Below are positions 24,785 through 35,393 of a stretch of DNA of 54,590 bases, piece after piece. A program made the position numbers and the translations under genes. The notes beneath the pieces are model-generated. The model searched no databases. It worked only from the letters and a program-made list of their open reading frames with translations, and was not told where the DNA came from. The stretch is from Deltaproteobacteria bacterium HGW-Deltaproteobacteria-22 (GTDB lineage: Bacteria > Myxococcota_A > Polyangia > HGW-17): contig PHAZ01000006.1 in the NCBI GenBank assembly GCA_002841825.1, forward strand, positions 1 to 54,590. The letters run 5' to 3'. How positions within the stretch are numbered: the first letter of the stretch is position 1; every line of letters starts with the position of its first letter.

Positions 24785-26386
24785 TCACTCCCAGTCGGCG
24801 GCGGACTTGAGCCCGGTGGACGGATCGGCGACCGGTGTCGGTTCGACAGGCGTCGGGGCCACGGCCGGCTTCGGGGCCGCGGTGTCCTTCGGGGCGGCAG
24901 CCGGCGTCTCCGATTGGGTGGAGCCGGGCCTGGCCGTTTTTACCTGCCCGGCCGGTGCCGGGCGCACGGTGGAGGCGGCCGGAATCACACGGGTGCGTGG
25001 GGCGGGCGTCCCGGGGGGCGACATGGCAACCGGGGGATCGGACGGCCTGGTGAAGGCGGCTTCGGGCGCCGCCGTCTGCGTACCGTCGAACTGGCCTCCG
25101 ACGAGGCGGATCCTTGTCCTCCCTCGATCCTCCGCTGCGTCGGCTTCGAAGCGCTGCCAGGCGGGGACCGGACCTGCGGCCAGCTCCCGGACCGGCCGGG
25201 CGAGGAAATAGCCGGCCCCGAGGCCGGTCAGCCCGAGCACCAGGAAGGCGAGCACCCTGCCCGGCGCGCGTCGACGGCGGCGGCGCGGCGATGGAAGCTC
25301 GACGACGACCACCGCAGGGCGGGCGCGCACAGGCACCGTGTCCGTGGGCTCTGCGGCCGGGGCGGGCTCCTCGCGGGTGATCGCGCGGTCCAGGAGGGTC
25401 GTGGGCCGGTCAGCCTCGCGGTCACCGAGCTCCCAGGTGTCGGAGCGTTCGTCGCGCGCCAGCAGGATCGTGCTGTCCTCCGGAGGCGGCAGAACCGTCT
25501 GGTGCGCCCGGATCAGCCGGGCCAGCGTGCTCGACGCGTCCCTGGGAAACAGTTCCTCGATCCGGGCGCGGGCCTGGGCGGCGTCGGTGAACCGGTTCCC
25601 GGGCACCGGATCGAGCAGGCCCTGCAGGAGACGGTCAACGCTCCCTTCCAGGGCCGGCTCCAGGCGGCTCGGCGGCAAATAGCGCCCGGCCATGACCTCG
25701 GCCATGGGATCGGCGCCCCGCCCCGCGCCGTACCTCCGCACGCCGGTGAGCGCCTCCCAGAGCACCAGCCCCAGGCTGAACAGGTCGCTGCGGACGTCGA
25801 TCGTCTCGCCGCGCGCCTGCTCCGGAGACAGGTATGGCAGCTTGCCCCGCACCATGTTCACGTGGGTATGGGACACGGCGTCGCGCATCTTGGCGATGCC
25901 GAAGTCGGCCAGCTTCACCTCGCCGTTGGCCGACAGCAGGATGTTGTGCGGGCTGATGTCCCGGTGGATCACCGACAGGGACCGCCCCTGGTCGTCGGCC
26001 AGTTCGTGGGCGTATTGCAGGCCCGCGAGCACCTTGGACGCGACATAGAAGGCCAGCTCAGGGTTCCAGGGTCCGGGAAACCGCTCCAGGGCCGTCTTCA
26101 GGTCCAGGCCCTGCACGAACTCCATGACGAGGTAGTACTGACTTCGGTCGCGGTTGAACTCAAACACCTGCACCACGTTGGGATGGTCCAGGCGGGCCGC
26201 CAGGGTCGCCTCGCGCACGAACATGTCGATGAACTCGGGATCGCCGGACATGTGCTCCCGGATCCGCTTGATGGCGACGAACTTCCTGAAGCCGCCCGGT
26301 CCGGTCGCCAGCGCACGGTACACGTCGGCCATCCCGCCCGACGCGATGCGCTCCAGTAACTGATATTTACCAACGTAGTCCTGCAT
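24785..26386 (-). CDS. Hanks-type Ser/Thr protein kinase with TM helix and Pro-rich C-terminus
   Basis: GGMADVY, VAIKRI, HRDISPHN, DFGIAK, YLSPEQ, DLFSLG; RRRRR then a hydrophobic TM. Confidence 0.94.
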   Translation of the reverse strand: MQDYVGKYQLLERIASGGMADVYRALATGPGGFRKFVAIKRIREHMSGDPEFIDMFVREATLAARLDHPNVVQVFEFNRDRSQYYLVMEFVQGLDLKTALERFPGPWNPELAFYVASKVLAGLQYAHELADDQGRSLSVIHRDISPHNILLSANGEVKLADFGIAKMRDAVSHTHVNMVRGKLPYLSPEQARGETIDVRSDLFSLGLVLWEALTGVRRYGAGRGADPMAEVMAGRYLPPSRLEPALEGSVDRLLQGLLDPVPGNRFTDAAQARARIEELFPRDASSTLARLIRAHQTVLPPPEDSTILLARDERSDTWELGDREADRPTTLLDRAITREEPAPAAEPTDTVPVRARPAVVVVELPSPRRRRRRAPGRVLAFLVLGLTGLGAGYFLARPVRELAAGPVPAWQRFEADAAEDRGRTRIRLVGGQFDGTQTAAPEAAFTRPSDPPVAMSPPGTPAPRTRVIPAASTVRPAPAGQVKTARPGSTQSETPAAAPKDTAAPKPAVAPTPVEPTPVADPSTGLKSAADWE

Positions 26387-26563
26387 GCCGCCTCCTGCCG
26401 CACAGAGGGTATTGTCCGGTTTTTCAGTCAGCCGTATCGTGAAAATGACAAAAAAGTGAAAAAATCAAGCTGAAACGGAAAACTACGGCTGAAAAAACGA
26501 CAGTTTTCAACATTAATGATTGAACCCAAGGCGGAATTCAGTACTGTGGTTGCGGGAGGGGCC

Positions 26564-29500
26564 ATGGCACTGCACGTCATTGAATCGAACCGGGTCAGCG
26601 TTCTGCTCGCGGCGCTCGACGAGCGCCTGGGGGCCTTCGACCTGTTCGAGACGCGCACCGTCCTGGTTCCGGGCCGGCACTTCTTCTCCGTGGTCAAGAA
26701 CGCCCTGGCCGGAGCGCGTGGCGCCTGCTTCCAGGTGGAGATCCAGACGTTCGATGCCTGGCTGTCCCGCCGGCTGCGAACCCACAGGCCCGGGGTCTGG
26801 CCGGCCGACACCGACTCCCTCGTGGCGGCCTGCTTCCAGGAGCTTGCGTTCTCCGATCTGACCGGGCAGCCCGCCTTCGCCGACCTTCGTGCCTACCTGC
26901 TGCAGGGCACCGGGGAGCTGCAGACCGACGTGGTCTGGCAGGTGGCGGTCCAGCTCGGGGACCTGTTCCGCCGGTATCACCTGGAGCGGCCGCAACTGAC
27001 CACGGCGTGGTCGGAGGGGAGGACCCTCACCGAGAGCCCTGTGGAGCGCTGGCAGTCCCAGTTGTTCACCCGGATCTTCGAGGCCGCCCGTGGGGTCGGG
27101 GAGTTCGGTTTCCCCGTGGACGAATTGATGGGCCACACCAGACCGGCGGAGCTCGCGCCGGCGCTGCACGTGCTGGTGCCGCACCCGTGGCCGCTGCGCG
27201 ACCGGACGTTTCTGCACTGGATGTCAGCGGAGACCGAGGTTCACCTGTACCTGTTCAGCCCCTGCCGCGAATTCTTCGAGCAGGTGCGGCGCGTCCACCG
27301 TGCCTCCGGGGAGGAGGGGGAGGGCCTGACGGGCAACCACCCGCTGCTCGACGCCTGGGGAGGTCCGCTGGCCGAGCCTGTGGCCTTCTGCCATGAGTTG
27401 AGCGGATACCAGACGCACACCCTCTATGAGGATCCCGGGGAGGCCACGAACCTGGCCCGGGTGAAGGGATCCATCCTCGACAACCGGGAGGGCGTCACGT
27501 TGACCGTCCCCGACGACAGCCTGCGGGTGTGGAGCTTTCCCTCCCGGCGCGAGGAGTGCGTGGCCATCCGCGACGATCTCATGGCCCGGTTGAAGACGGA
27601 TCCCCGGCTGCGGCTGTGCGACTTCGCCGTCGTGGTGCCCGAGGCCGGGGCCGGTCCCTCCGCGCTGGACGAACTGATCAGCGTGTTCTCGGAGGACCCT
27701 GCGCTGCCGCTGCATCGCGTGCGCTGGCGCTCCGACTCGGAATCCCGGATCCTGGAGACCGTCGGGCAGCTGCTCGAGCTGCCGCCCGGGGAGGGGCGGG
27801 CTGCGGCGGTGCTGGAGCTGGTGTGCAGCCCGGCCGTCGCCGCGTGGACGCCCGAGGAGGAGCAGTTGATCCGCCGCTGGATCGGCGTCACGGGCGTGAT
27901 CCGGGGCTGGCGCGACGCGGATCTGCTGAGGCAGGATCCGGCGCTGAAGACACACTCCTGGGAGCACGCGCTGTGGCGGCTCTCCCTTGGCGCGGTGACC
28001 GCCCCGGGGGGGGCGCTGCAACTGGAGGTTCCAGGAGCCGGGCCCCTGGGCGTTCGTCCGCTGGATTTCTCGGCCGACCAGTGGCCGCTCCTGGCCCGCC
28101 TGCTGACGATCGTGCACGGCCTGCGGCAGTTCTGCGAGGCGTGCGCGACCAGGCGCACCGTGGCCGGGTGGATGGAGTTCCTTGGCACGGAGCTGGTGGA
28201 TCTGCTCACCCCCCGGACCGAGCGGGATGAAAAGTTGATGGGGCATTGCCTCGAGGTGCTGTCCGCGCATGCCCGCCTTCCCATGTGGCGGCTTCGCGAC
28301 CCGCACCTGGCCTATCATGAGGTGCTGCCGATCGTGACCGCGGGCATCGAGAGCCTGCGCACAGGCCACTCGCCGTGGGGCGAGCGCAACGTGTGGGTGG
28401 GCCCCATCGCGGATCTTCAATTGCTTCCGTTTGCGCACGTGTACTTCGCCGGCCTTGAGGACGGCATCGTCGCTCGCGAGATCCCCGCCTCCCCGCTGGA
28501 CGCGAGGTCCGCCGAGGGCATGCCGGGCCCCGAGCCGACGTCCCGGGAGACGGAGCTTGGACGGTTTCTCACGGCGCTGTGCCATGCCGAAGACTCGGTG
28601 ACGTTCTCCTGGTGCGACCGGGATGCGGCCACCGGCGATCCGGTCGCCCGCGCCACGGTGATCAGGGAGTTGATCGAGGCCTTGGATCCGGGGGGGCAGG
28701 GGCTGGTGCAGGCGCCGACCTCGCCCATGGTGTTGCGCTCGTCGCGGGTCGCGGCTGCGGCGGAACGGCTCGCGAAGGCCGGCCTGGATCCGGCCGCGCT
28801 CCCGGACCCGGCGCCGGAGGCTCTGCGGGCTTTCCTGAAGATGCCGCCTCCGCTGGAGCCGCAAGAGCCCCGGGGCAGGATCCGTCGACTGTACTGGAAG
28901 GAATTCTCGCGCTTCGTGGAGTTTCCGCTGCAGGTCACGGCCTCCACCTGGTTTCACGCCGGGAGCCCGGAGCCCGGGGAGTTGTCCGAGCACGAGCCCG
29001 ACACCCTGGGTTCCCGGGAGCGCAACGCCTGGCTCGATCGGGTCGTGGCCAGGGAGCTCGCGGCCGGCACGGATCCGGACGAGCCCGGCCTCGATGCGCG
29101 CCTGGCCCGGGACGCCGACGATTTTCTGGAGACGGCCGCAGCCCAGGCCTGGGGACCCGCCGGGGTGTTCTCCCTCGCGAAGCGCGGACCCCTGGCCGAC
29201 GATCTGTGCGACACGGTACGCTGCACGCTCACCGCCGTGGCCTCCGTCCTGCCGGATCGTGCGGAATGGAAAGATTTTTGGCGTGCCTGCCCGGGGATGG
29301 ATCCGTCCCTGGAGCCCGCTGCCTCGCCTCCGGTCCGCCTCGCTGCGGCCGGGGCCGCGATTTCAGGCCGCCTGCCGTGGTATCACCGGAGCCGGGGACT
29401 CCTGCTGGTGCTGGACTATGTCAAGAAGGGCGACACGCCCGTGGCGAGGGTCTGCGACGCCTGGGTGGCGCTGCAACTGTACCGGGTCATCGCTCCGGAG

Positions 29501-29977
29501 GCGGCCCTGGACACCGCGCGGATCCTGCTGGTGCGTCCGTTCGCCAGGAAGGCGCAGCAGCAGCTGGCCTGGGAATGGCCGGCGCCGGATCCGGCGCAGG
29601 CCCTGGAGTACCTGGAGCAGCTGGCCGGTGCCATCCCCGATCCGGAAAACCTCGCGTTCTTCACGGCGGACCTGGCCATGGAGTGGCTCTCGGGAGCTTT
29701 CATGGACTTCGATTCCTGGTACGGGAAGCGGGCTCCATCCCTGCTCCATGCGTGGGAAAACAGTGACTTTGACACCTTCCGCCTGGAGCCGATCTGGAAC
29801 CTCGGACCCCTGATCGATGCGTCCAGGGCCCGGGCACTGGCGCAGCGTCTGTTCCTGGACCCGCAGGCGCCCGTGGCATGGCAGTTCCAGAACCGGATCC
29901 GGCCGGTGGTCACAGGCGTCTTCCCGGATGCGCAGCCGGCGGGCGACGGACAGGAGGGCTCCGATGGAGAAGCCTGA
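26564..29977 (+). CDS. recC: Exodeoxyribonuclease V gamma subunit
   Basis: LHVIESNR, VLVPG, QLGDLF.RY..ERP, LYLFSPC.EF, NHPLL..WG; GGAGG RBS; first gene of a recC-recB-recD run. Confidence 0.85.
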   Translation: MALHVIESNRVSVLLAALDERLGAFDLFETRTVLVPGRHFFSVVKNALAGARGACFQVEIQTFDAWLSRRLRTHRPGVWPADTDSLVAACFQELAFSDLTGQPAFADLRAYLLQGTGELQTDVVWQVAVQLGDLFRRYHLERPQLTTAWSEGRTLTESPVERWQSQLFTRIFEAARGVGEFGFPVDELMGHTRPAELAPALHVLVPHPWPLRDRTFLHWMSAETEVHLYLFSPCREFFEQVRRVHRASGEEGEGLTGNHPLLDAWGGPLAEPVAFCHELSGYQTHTLYEDPGEATNLARVKGSILDNREGVTLTVPDDSLRVWSFPSRREECVAIRDDLMARLKTDPRLRLCDFAVVVPEAGAGPSALDELISVFSEDPALPLHRVRWRSDSESRILETVGQLLELPPGEGRAAAVLELVCSPAVAAWTPEEEQLIRRWIGVTGVIRGWRDADLLRQDPALKTHSWEHALWRLSLGAVTAPGGALQLEVPGAGPLGVRPLDFSADQWPLLARLLTIVHGLRQFCEACATRRTVAGWMEFLGTELVDLLTPRTERDEKLMGHCLEVLSAHARLPMWRLRDPHLAYHEVLPIVTAGIESLRTGHSPWGERNVWVGPIADLQLLPFAHVYFAGLEDGIVAREIPASPLDARSAEGMPGPEPTSRETELGRFLTALCHAEDSVTFSWCDRDAATGDPVARATVIRELIEALDPGGQGLVQAPTSPMVLRSSRVAAAAERLAKAGLDPAALPDPAPEALRAFLKMPPPLEPQEPRGRIRRLYWKEFSRFVEFPLQVTASTWFHAGSPEPGELSEHEPDTLGSRERNAWLDRVVARELAAGTDPDEPGLDARLARDADDFLETAAAQAWGPAGVFSLAKRGPLADDLCDTVRCTLTAVASVLPDRAEWKDFWRACPGMDPSLEPAASPPVRLAAAGAAISGRLPWYHRSRGLLLVLDYVKKGDTPVARVCDAWVALQLYRVIAPEAALDTARILLVRPFARKAQQQLAWEWPAPDPAQALEYLEQLAGAIPDPENLAFFTADLAMEWLSGAFMDFDSWYGKRAPSLLHAWENSDFDTFRLEPIWNLGPLIDASRARALAQRLFLDPQAPVAWQFQNRIRPVVTGVFPDAQPAGDGQEGSDGEA

Positions 29978-32900
29978 TCTGATGCGGCGGGTGTTCTCCG
30001 GACCGTCGCCGACCTGCGCCCTGATCGAGGCCTCCGCGGGCACGGGCAAGACCTACACGATTGAACACCTCGTGCTCGACCGTGTGAAGGCCGGGGTTCC
30101 GATCTCCGAGATCCTCCTGGTCACCTTCACCCGGAAGGCCGCAGGCGAGTTGCGTGATCGCGTCCGTCTCCGCCTGAGCGCGAATGCCGGGACCGATCCC
30201 CTCGTGCGCCGTGCGCTGTCGGCCTTCGACTCGGCCACCATCACCACGATTCATGGCTTCGCCCAACTGGCGCTGTCCTGGTTCTCCATCCACACGCCGT
30301 ATCCGTTCGAGCAGGAGCTGGCCTCCCTGGAGGACCTGTTCCCGGAGGTGCTGCGGGATCTGATCCGCGGTCCCTGGTACCGCGACCCCACGGCCGCGTC
30401 GGTCCTGCTGGGCTGGCTCGGCGCGTCCAGTCACAACACGCTGGTGAAGGCCCTGATGCACTGCGCCGAGTCGGCGCTGCCCATGCGCTTCTCCCGGGAG
30501 CTTTCGCGGCTGGCCGGTCCCGCGGTGGCCGAACTGAAGACCCCGCAGCTGCGACAGGCCTTCGACGCGGTGCTCACACGGGCCGGTCCCAAGGACAGGC
30601 AGAGACACACCTACCCCGGGCTCGTCAGCCGGCTGCTGGAACACGCGGTCTGCTGGCAGGACGGCCTGATGGTCCTGATGATGATGGAGAAGGCGCCGCT
30701 CAAGGGCTTCATGAAGACCTGCGAGGACAGCCTGGACAGCCTGGACCCGCCCCTGCGGGCGGCGCTGGAGACCTGGCTGGAGCTTCCCCGCTCGCTGGAC
30801 GGGCGGAGGCCCTATTTCCGTCACATGGCGGTGATGGTCCTGCTCCCGTCCGTGCGCATGGCGCTGGACGAGGCCAAGCGGCAACGCCACGTGATGACCT
30901 ATGACGACATGATCCAGCGGCTGGCCCTGGCGCTCAAGGATCCTGCCACCGGACCGGAGCTGGTGCGCGGCCTGCAGGCGCGCTTCCGCGTGGGGATCGT
31001 CGACGAGTTCCAGGACACCGATCCCGTGCAGTGGGAGATCCTCCGGCGGCTCTTCCTGGAGCGGTCCGACGGGGCGCTGGTGGTGGTGGGGGATCCCAAG
31101 CAGGCGATCTACCGCTTCCGCGGCGCGGACATCCTGACCTACCAGGCGGCACGCCGTCACCTGCAGGCGGTGGGCGGGGTCCATGTTCATCTCGAGACCA
31201 ATTACCGGTGCACCCGGGACATGGTCGACGCGGTCAACCATTTCTTCCGCGACGGGGAACCTTCGAGCGTCTTTACGGTCCAGGACGTCCGGTACGATCA
31301 CCCGCTGGACTGCGGGAAGCCCGATCTGCGGCTGGAGCCGCGGCGTCCGCCGGTGGTGATCCTCGGACAGCAGTACTGCCCCCATGTCACGAGGGACCGC
31401 TGGGCCTTCGAGCTGGCCCGGCAGATCGCCGGGGAGATCCGGGAACTGGTGGGCTCCGGGACGCGGCTGGCCGAACCCGGTCAGGTCCCCCGGATCCTCG
31501 GCTACCGGGATGTCTTCATCCTCGTGCAGAAGCACGCCGAGGGCCGGATCGTCTCGGGCGTCCTGCGCGAAGCGGGCATCCCGTTCTCGTTCTACCGAAG
31601 ACAGACCCTGTTCGAAGGGCCCGAGGCCCGCGGGCTCCTTGACGTGCTCGAGGCCGTCCTGCGCCCGCATCACCCCTCCCTGCAGAACCGCGCCTTCGTG
31701 ACGCCGTTCTTCGGCATGGATCTCGTCAGGCTCGCGCAGGCCGGCGGACTGCCGCGGCACCATCGGGCGGTGCGCACCCTCCTGGCCTGGAACGAGCTCG
31801 CCCGCGACGGGGAGCTGGCCAGTCTGCTCTCGGCGCTCTGGTTCGACAGCGGCGTCCGGGAGCGGCTCTTTGCCGGGGCCGCCACGCGGCGGGACGCGAT
31901 CAACCTGGAGCGGATCTTCGGCATCCTGCGGCACGAGCTGGTGGCGCGTCCCATGACGGCGGACCTGCTCGTGGGCCGCCTGCGGGAGTGGGTATTGAAA
32001 GGATCGCGGGAGGCCGACTCGGAGGACCTGCTCATGGAGGTCACCGATCCCGGGGAGAACGCCGTGCGCATCCTCACCATGCACAACGCCAAGGGGCTCG
32101 AGGCGCCGGTGGTGTTCCTGTACGGCGGGTTCTCGAAGAACCAGCCGCCGCCGGTGCACGAGTTCCATTCCCCGACCGAAGGCTGCCGCGTGATGCACGT
32201 CGGGAAACTGGAGGCCAAAGATCCGGAGAGGCCATTCTATGAGGAGGAGGAGCTCGGGGATGCCCAGCGCCTGATGTATGTGGCCATGACGCGTGCCAAG
32301 GCCCTGTGCTACCTGCAGATCATCGCCGAGCCCCTGCCCGATCCCGAGTCGGGAAACCAGGCGGGCTTCAAGGAACTGTTCCGCGGCGCCAAGGCGACCG
32401 TGCGGGACCGCGTGACGACGCTGCGCGACGAGGTCGGGGAGGATCCATGCGTGGCGGAGTGGTTCGAGGTCCGGACCAACGGCGTGGAATGCCGGGACTG
32501 CCATCCGTACCTGCCTGCGCCGGACCGGGAGGCCGTCACGGAACCATCCGGGACTGATACCTCCCTCGAGACGCTGGCCGAAGAGGTGAGGTCCTGCCTG
32601 GAGGTCGCAGACAACGGGTCGGTCGGGCTGCGCTCGCGGGTCGGAAAGCCGGTCTATTCCTATTCCAGCCTGAAGAAGCGGGCCGAGATCTCCGAGGAGG
32701 CCCGCGTGGTGAGCGTGGCCGACGCCCTGCCCGAGGTGCCCGCGACCGATCCGCCGCCGGGCGTTCATACCGGGCTGTGCGTGCACGAACTGTGCGAGAC
32801 CGTCGATCTTTCCTCCCTGAGGACGTTGGACACCGTCGCAGACTGGCTGGCCGATCCCGACGTGGAGGTGTGGATCCGGGCTGCGGTGGCCCGGCAGGAG

Positions 32901-33398
32901 CTTCCGGAGGCCTGCTGGCGGCGGGTCGGGGAGATGGTGTTTTTGGCTTTCCGGACGCCTGTGGCAGTTCCCGGCTGCGGGCTGCCCCCCCTGGGCGACT
33001 GTGATCGGATCGCACGGGAGCTGGAGTTCCGGATTCCTTACGATCCGGCGCTGGCCGGGGGCCTGGAGTCGATCCTGTCGCGTCCCCCGCAGGACGAGGG
33101 CTGGGTCATGGGCTTCTTTGATGCCGTGCTCCGGCTGGAAGGCAGGCTCTACATCGTGGACTGGAAGACCGACCTGCTGCGCGATTACACCCCGGAGACC
33201 GTCGCGGCGCATGTCCGTTTGCACTATGCGCTGCAGGCCAGACTCTACGCCGCGGCGCTGGCCAGGATGCTCGGCATCGGCTCGGAGGAGGCGTGGGAGG
33301 AGGCCTTCGGCGGCTTCCTCTACGTGTTCGTGCGGGGCTTCGGTCCCGGCTCCGGGGTGGTCCGGCTCCGGCCGGAGTGGAAGGAGCTCTCGGGATGA
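29964..33398 (+). CDS. recB: Exodeoxyribonuclease V beta subunit (helicase/nuclease)
   Basis: IEASAGTGKT, TFTRKAA.EL, DEFQDTD, VGDPKQAIYRFRGA, TMH.AKGLE, YVAMTRA; nuclease G..D...IVDWKT, Y.LQ. Confidence 0.93.
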   Translation: MEKPDLMRRVFSGPSPTCALIEASAGTGKTYTIEHLVLDRVKAGVPISEILLVTFTRKAAGELRDRVRLRLSANAGTDPLVRRALSAFDSATITTIHGFAQLALSWFSIHTPYPFEQELASLEDLFPEVLRDLIRGPWYRDPTAASVLLGWLGASSHNTLVKALMHCAESALPMRFSRELSRLAGPAVAELKTPQLRQAFDAVLTRAGPKDRQRHTYPGLVSRLLEHAVCWQDGLMVLMMMEKAPLKGFMKTCEDSLDSLDPPLRAALETWLELPRSLDGRRPYFRHMAVMVLLPSVRMALDEAKRQRHVMTYDDMIQRLALALKDPATGPELVRGLQARFRVGIVDEFQDTDPVQWEILRRLFLERSDGALVVVGDPKQAIYRFRGADILTYQAARRHLQAVGGVHVHLETNYRCTRDMVDAVNHFFRDGEPSSVFTVQDVRYDHPLDCGKPDLRLEPRRPPVVILGQQYCPHVTRDRWAFELARQIAGEIRELVGSGTRLAEPGQVPRILGYRDVFILVQKHAEGRIVSGVLREAGIPFSFYRRQTLFEGPEARGLLDVLEAVLRPHHPSLQNRAFVTPFFGMDLVRLAQAGGLPRHHRAVRTLLAWNELARDGELASLLSALWFDSGVRERLFAGAATRRDAINLERIFGILRHELVARPMTADLLVGRLREWVLKGSREADSEDLLMEVTDPGENAVRILTMHNAKGLEAPVVFLYGGFSKNQPPPVHEFHSPTEGCRVMHVGKLEAKDPERPFYEEEELGDAQRLMYVAMTRAKALCYLQIIAEPLPDPESGNQAGFKELFRGAKATVRDRVTTLRDEVGEDPCVAEWFEVRTNGVECRDCHPYLPAPDREAVTEPSGTDTSLETLAEEVRSCLEVADNGSVGLRSRVGKPVYSYSSLKKRAEISEEARVVSVADALPEVPATDPPPGVHTGLCVHELCETVDLSSLRTLDTVADWLADPDVEVWIRAAVARQELPEACWRRVGEMVFLAFRTPVAVPGCGLPPLGDCDRIARELEFRIPYDPALAGGLESILSRPPQDEGWVMGFFDAVLRLEGRLYIVDWKTDLLRDYTPETVAAHVRLHYALQARLYAAALARMLGIGSEEAWEEAFGGFLYVFVRGFGPGSGVVRLRPEWKELSG

Positions 33399-35374
33399 AC
33401 GAAGCTTCCCTGGTCCAGAAGATCCTCGGCCGTCTCGAACTCGAACCCGAGATCACGCGGGCCCTGTGCGCGCTGGCACGGACGCTGGAAGAGGCGCGCC
33501 TGGCCCCGGGGCTGGTGCTGTGGGCCTGGGACCTGCTGGGCGTCTGCCAGCTCACTGTTTCGGAGAAACTGACGGTGGTGGCCCACCTGCTGGCGCTGTT
33601 CCTGGCGGAGGGCCGCGGCCACACCACCCTCGATCCGGAGGGTCCGGAGCTGGCCGAGATCGCCCGCCGGCTGCGGGAGGCCACCGAAGACGGGCCGTTC
33701 ACGGCGCCACGGCTGGCGGCGGAGTTCCGTCGGTTCCTGGAGAACCGGTCCCTGGTGGCGCTGCTCGGAGATGGCGCCCCGGATCCTGCGGCGCCTGATT
33801 CCCTGAAGCCCGGCTGGGCCGCTCCGCTGGTGTTCTGCGACGGCCAGTTGCAGTTTTCCCGCACCCGGTGGATGGAGCGTGAGTGTGCGCGACTGCTGCG
33901 GGAGCGGTTCGGGACGGTGGACGAGGCCGCGGATCACACCGATCCCTTCGCCGGGTTTGCCGGCGAGCTCGACGACGTCCAGCGGCGCATGATCCGGCAG
34001 GTGCCCGGCAAAAGGGTCTTCTGGATCTCGGGAGGCCCCGGCACCGGAAAGACCTCGTGCATCTACGGCCTGCTGTGGGCCCTGGGCCGCTGGTCTCCCG
34101 GGCTGGACGCGGGCAGGATCGCCATCGCCGCCCCCACCGGAAAGGCGGGATTCCGCATCACCCAGAGCCTGAGGCGCATGGCGGCCGCAGGAGGCGGTCC
34201 TGGCAAGGCCACCGGTCCCGGCGATGCCGTCGGTCCCTACGACGCGGCCATCCTGGACGGACGGCTGGACGCGTCGACGCTGCACCGCCTGCTGGACTAT
34301 CGTCCGGGCACGGACCGGTTCGGGCGCCATGAAGGCTCGCCGCTGGAGCTGGACTGGGTGATCGTCGACGAGAGCTCGATGGTGGATCTGGTGCTCTGCC
34401 ACGCGCTGCTGAGGGCGCTGCCCGCGACGGCCGGCCTGATCTGGATCGGCGACCGTGACCAGCTGCCGGCCGTGGGCCGCGGCGCCCTGTTCCAGGCCAG
34501 CTGGGAGCAGGGCCCTGCGCGGTATCCGGACCATTATTTCCGCCTGGAGCGCAACTACCGCGCCGAGCAGGGCCTGGCCGGGGACATCCGCCGGGTCATG
34601 GACCGCGGGGAGAAGACCTGGGAAGGCCCGGTCGCCGGCTTTCCGGCCCAAAACCGGCTGGTCCTGCACCGCACCGAGTCCGCCCGGCAGTGGCATGAGT
34701 TCCTCGACCAGGTCTTCTCCCGGACCTTCGATCGATCGTACTGGGACGCGGCCCTGGACGCCTTCGAGTGGGACCCCTCCCAGATCGCCGTCGAGCCCGG
34801 CGGGCATCCCCGGTACCCGGAGATCGTGGAGCTCCTTCGACGGGCCGGGAGCGCGCCGGTGCTGTGCGTGACCCACGCAGGATCCCGCGGGACCGTCGCC
34901 GTCAACGAATACTTCCACCGCAAACACCCCTGGGGGACCTTTGGCCTCCTGCCGGGCGAGCCGGTGATGGTGCAGGTCAACGACTACCAGCGCAGCCTGT
35001 GGAACGGCGACTTCGGTGTGGTGCTGCACGCGACGTGGCAGGGGGAGCCGCTGCCGTGTGTGGCCTTCCTGCAGGGCGACCAGTTGAGGATCTTCCCGCT
35101 CGCGGGACTGCCGCTGGCCCGCGCCTTCGCCTTCTCGGTGCACAAGAGCCAGGGCAGCGAATTCCCGGAGGTGACCCTGGCGCTGCCGGAGGTCCCCTCC
35201 CTGATGCTCACCCGGGAGTTGATCTACACGGCCATCACCCGCGGCAGGTCCTGCGTGCGGATCGCGGGCACTCCCCCGATCCTGCAGGCCGGGCTCTCCA
35301 CCACGGTGGAGCGCCGCATGAACCTGTCCCGCTGGCTCTTCGGGGACCAGGCGAAATGCCGACAGCCGCCGTGA
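33395..35374 (+). CDS. recD: Exodeoxyribonuclease V alpha subunit
   Basis: GGPGTGKT, APTGKA, TLHRLL, VDESSMVD, GDRDQLPAV, VHKSQGSEF, ELIYTAITR; ATGA overlap with recB. Confidence 0.93.
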   Translation: MNEASLVQKILGRLELEPEITRALCALARTLEEARLAPGLVLWAWDLLGVCQLTVSEKLTVVAHLLALFLAEGRGHTTLDPEGPELAEIARRLREATEDGPFTAPRLAAEFRRFLENRSLVALLGDGAPDPAAPDSLKPGWAAPLVFCDGQLQFSRTRWMERECARLLRERFGTVDEAADHTDPFAGFAGELDDVQRRMIRQVPGKRVFWISGGPGTGKTSCIYGLLWALGRWSPGLDAGRIAIAAPTGKAGFRITQSLRRMAAAGGGPGKATGPGDAVGPYDAAILDGRLDASTLHRLLDYRPGTDRFGRHEGSPLELDWVIVDESSMVDLVLCHALLRALPATAGLIWIGDRDQLPAVGRGALFQASWEQGPARYPDHYFRLERNYRAEQGLAGDIRRVMDRGEKTWEGPVAGFPAQNRLVLHRTESARQWHEFLDQVFSRTFDRSYWDAALDAFEWDPSQIAVEPGGHPRYPEIVELLRRAGSAPVLCVTHAGSRGTVAVNEYFHRKHPWGTFGLLPGEPVMVQVNDYQRSLWNGDFGVVLHATWQGEPLPCVAFLQGDQLRIFPLAGLPLARAFAFSVHKSQGSEFPEVTLALPEVPSLMLTRELIYTAITRGRSCVRIAGTPPILQAGLSTTVERRMNLSRWLFGDQAKCRQPP

Positions 35375-35393
35375 CGGTGTTTTCCTCCGGAAG

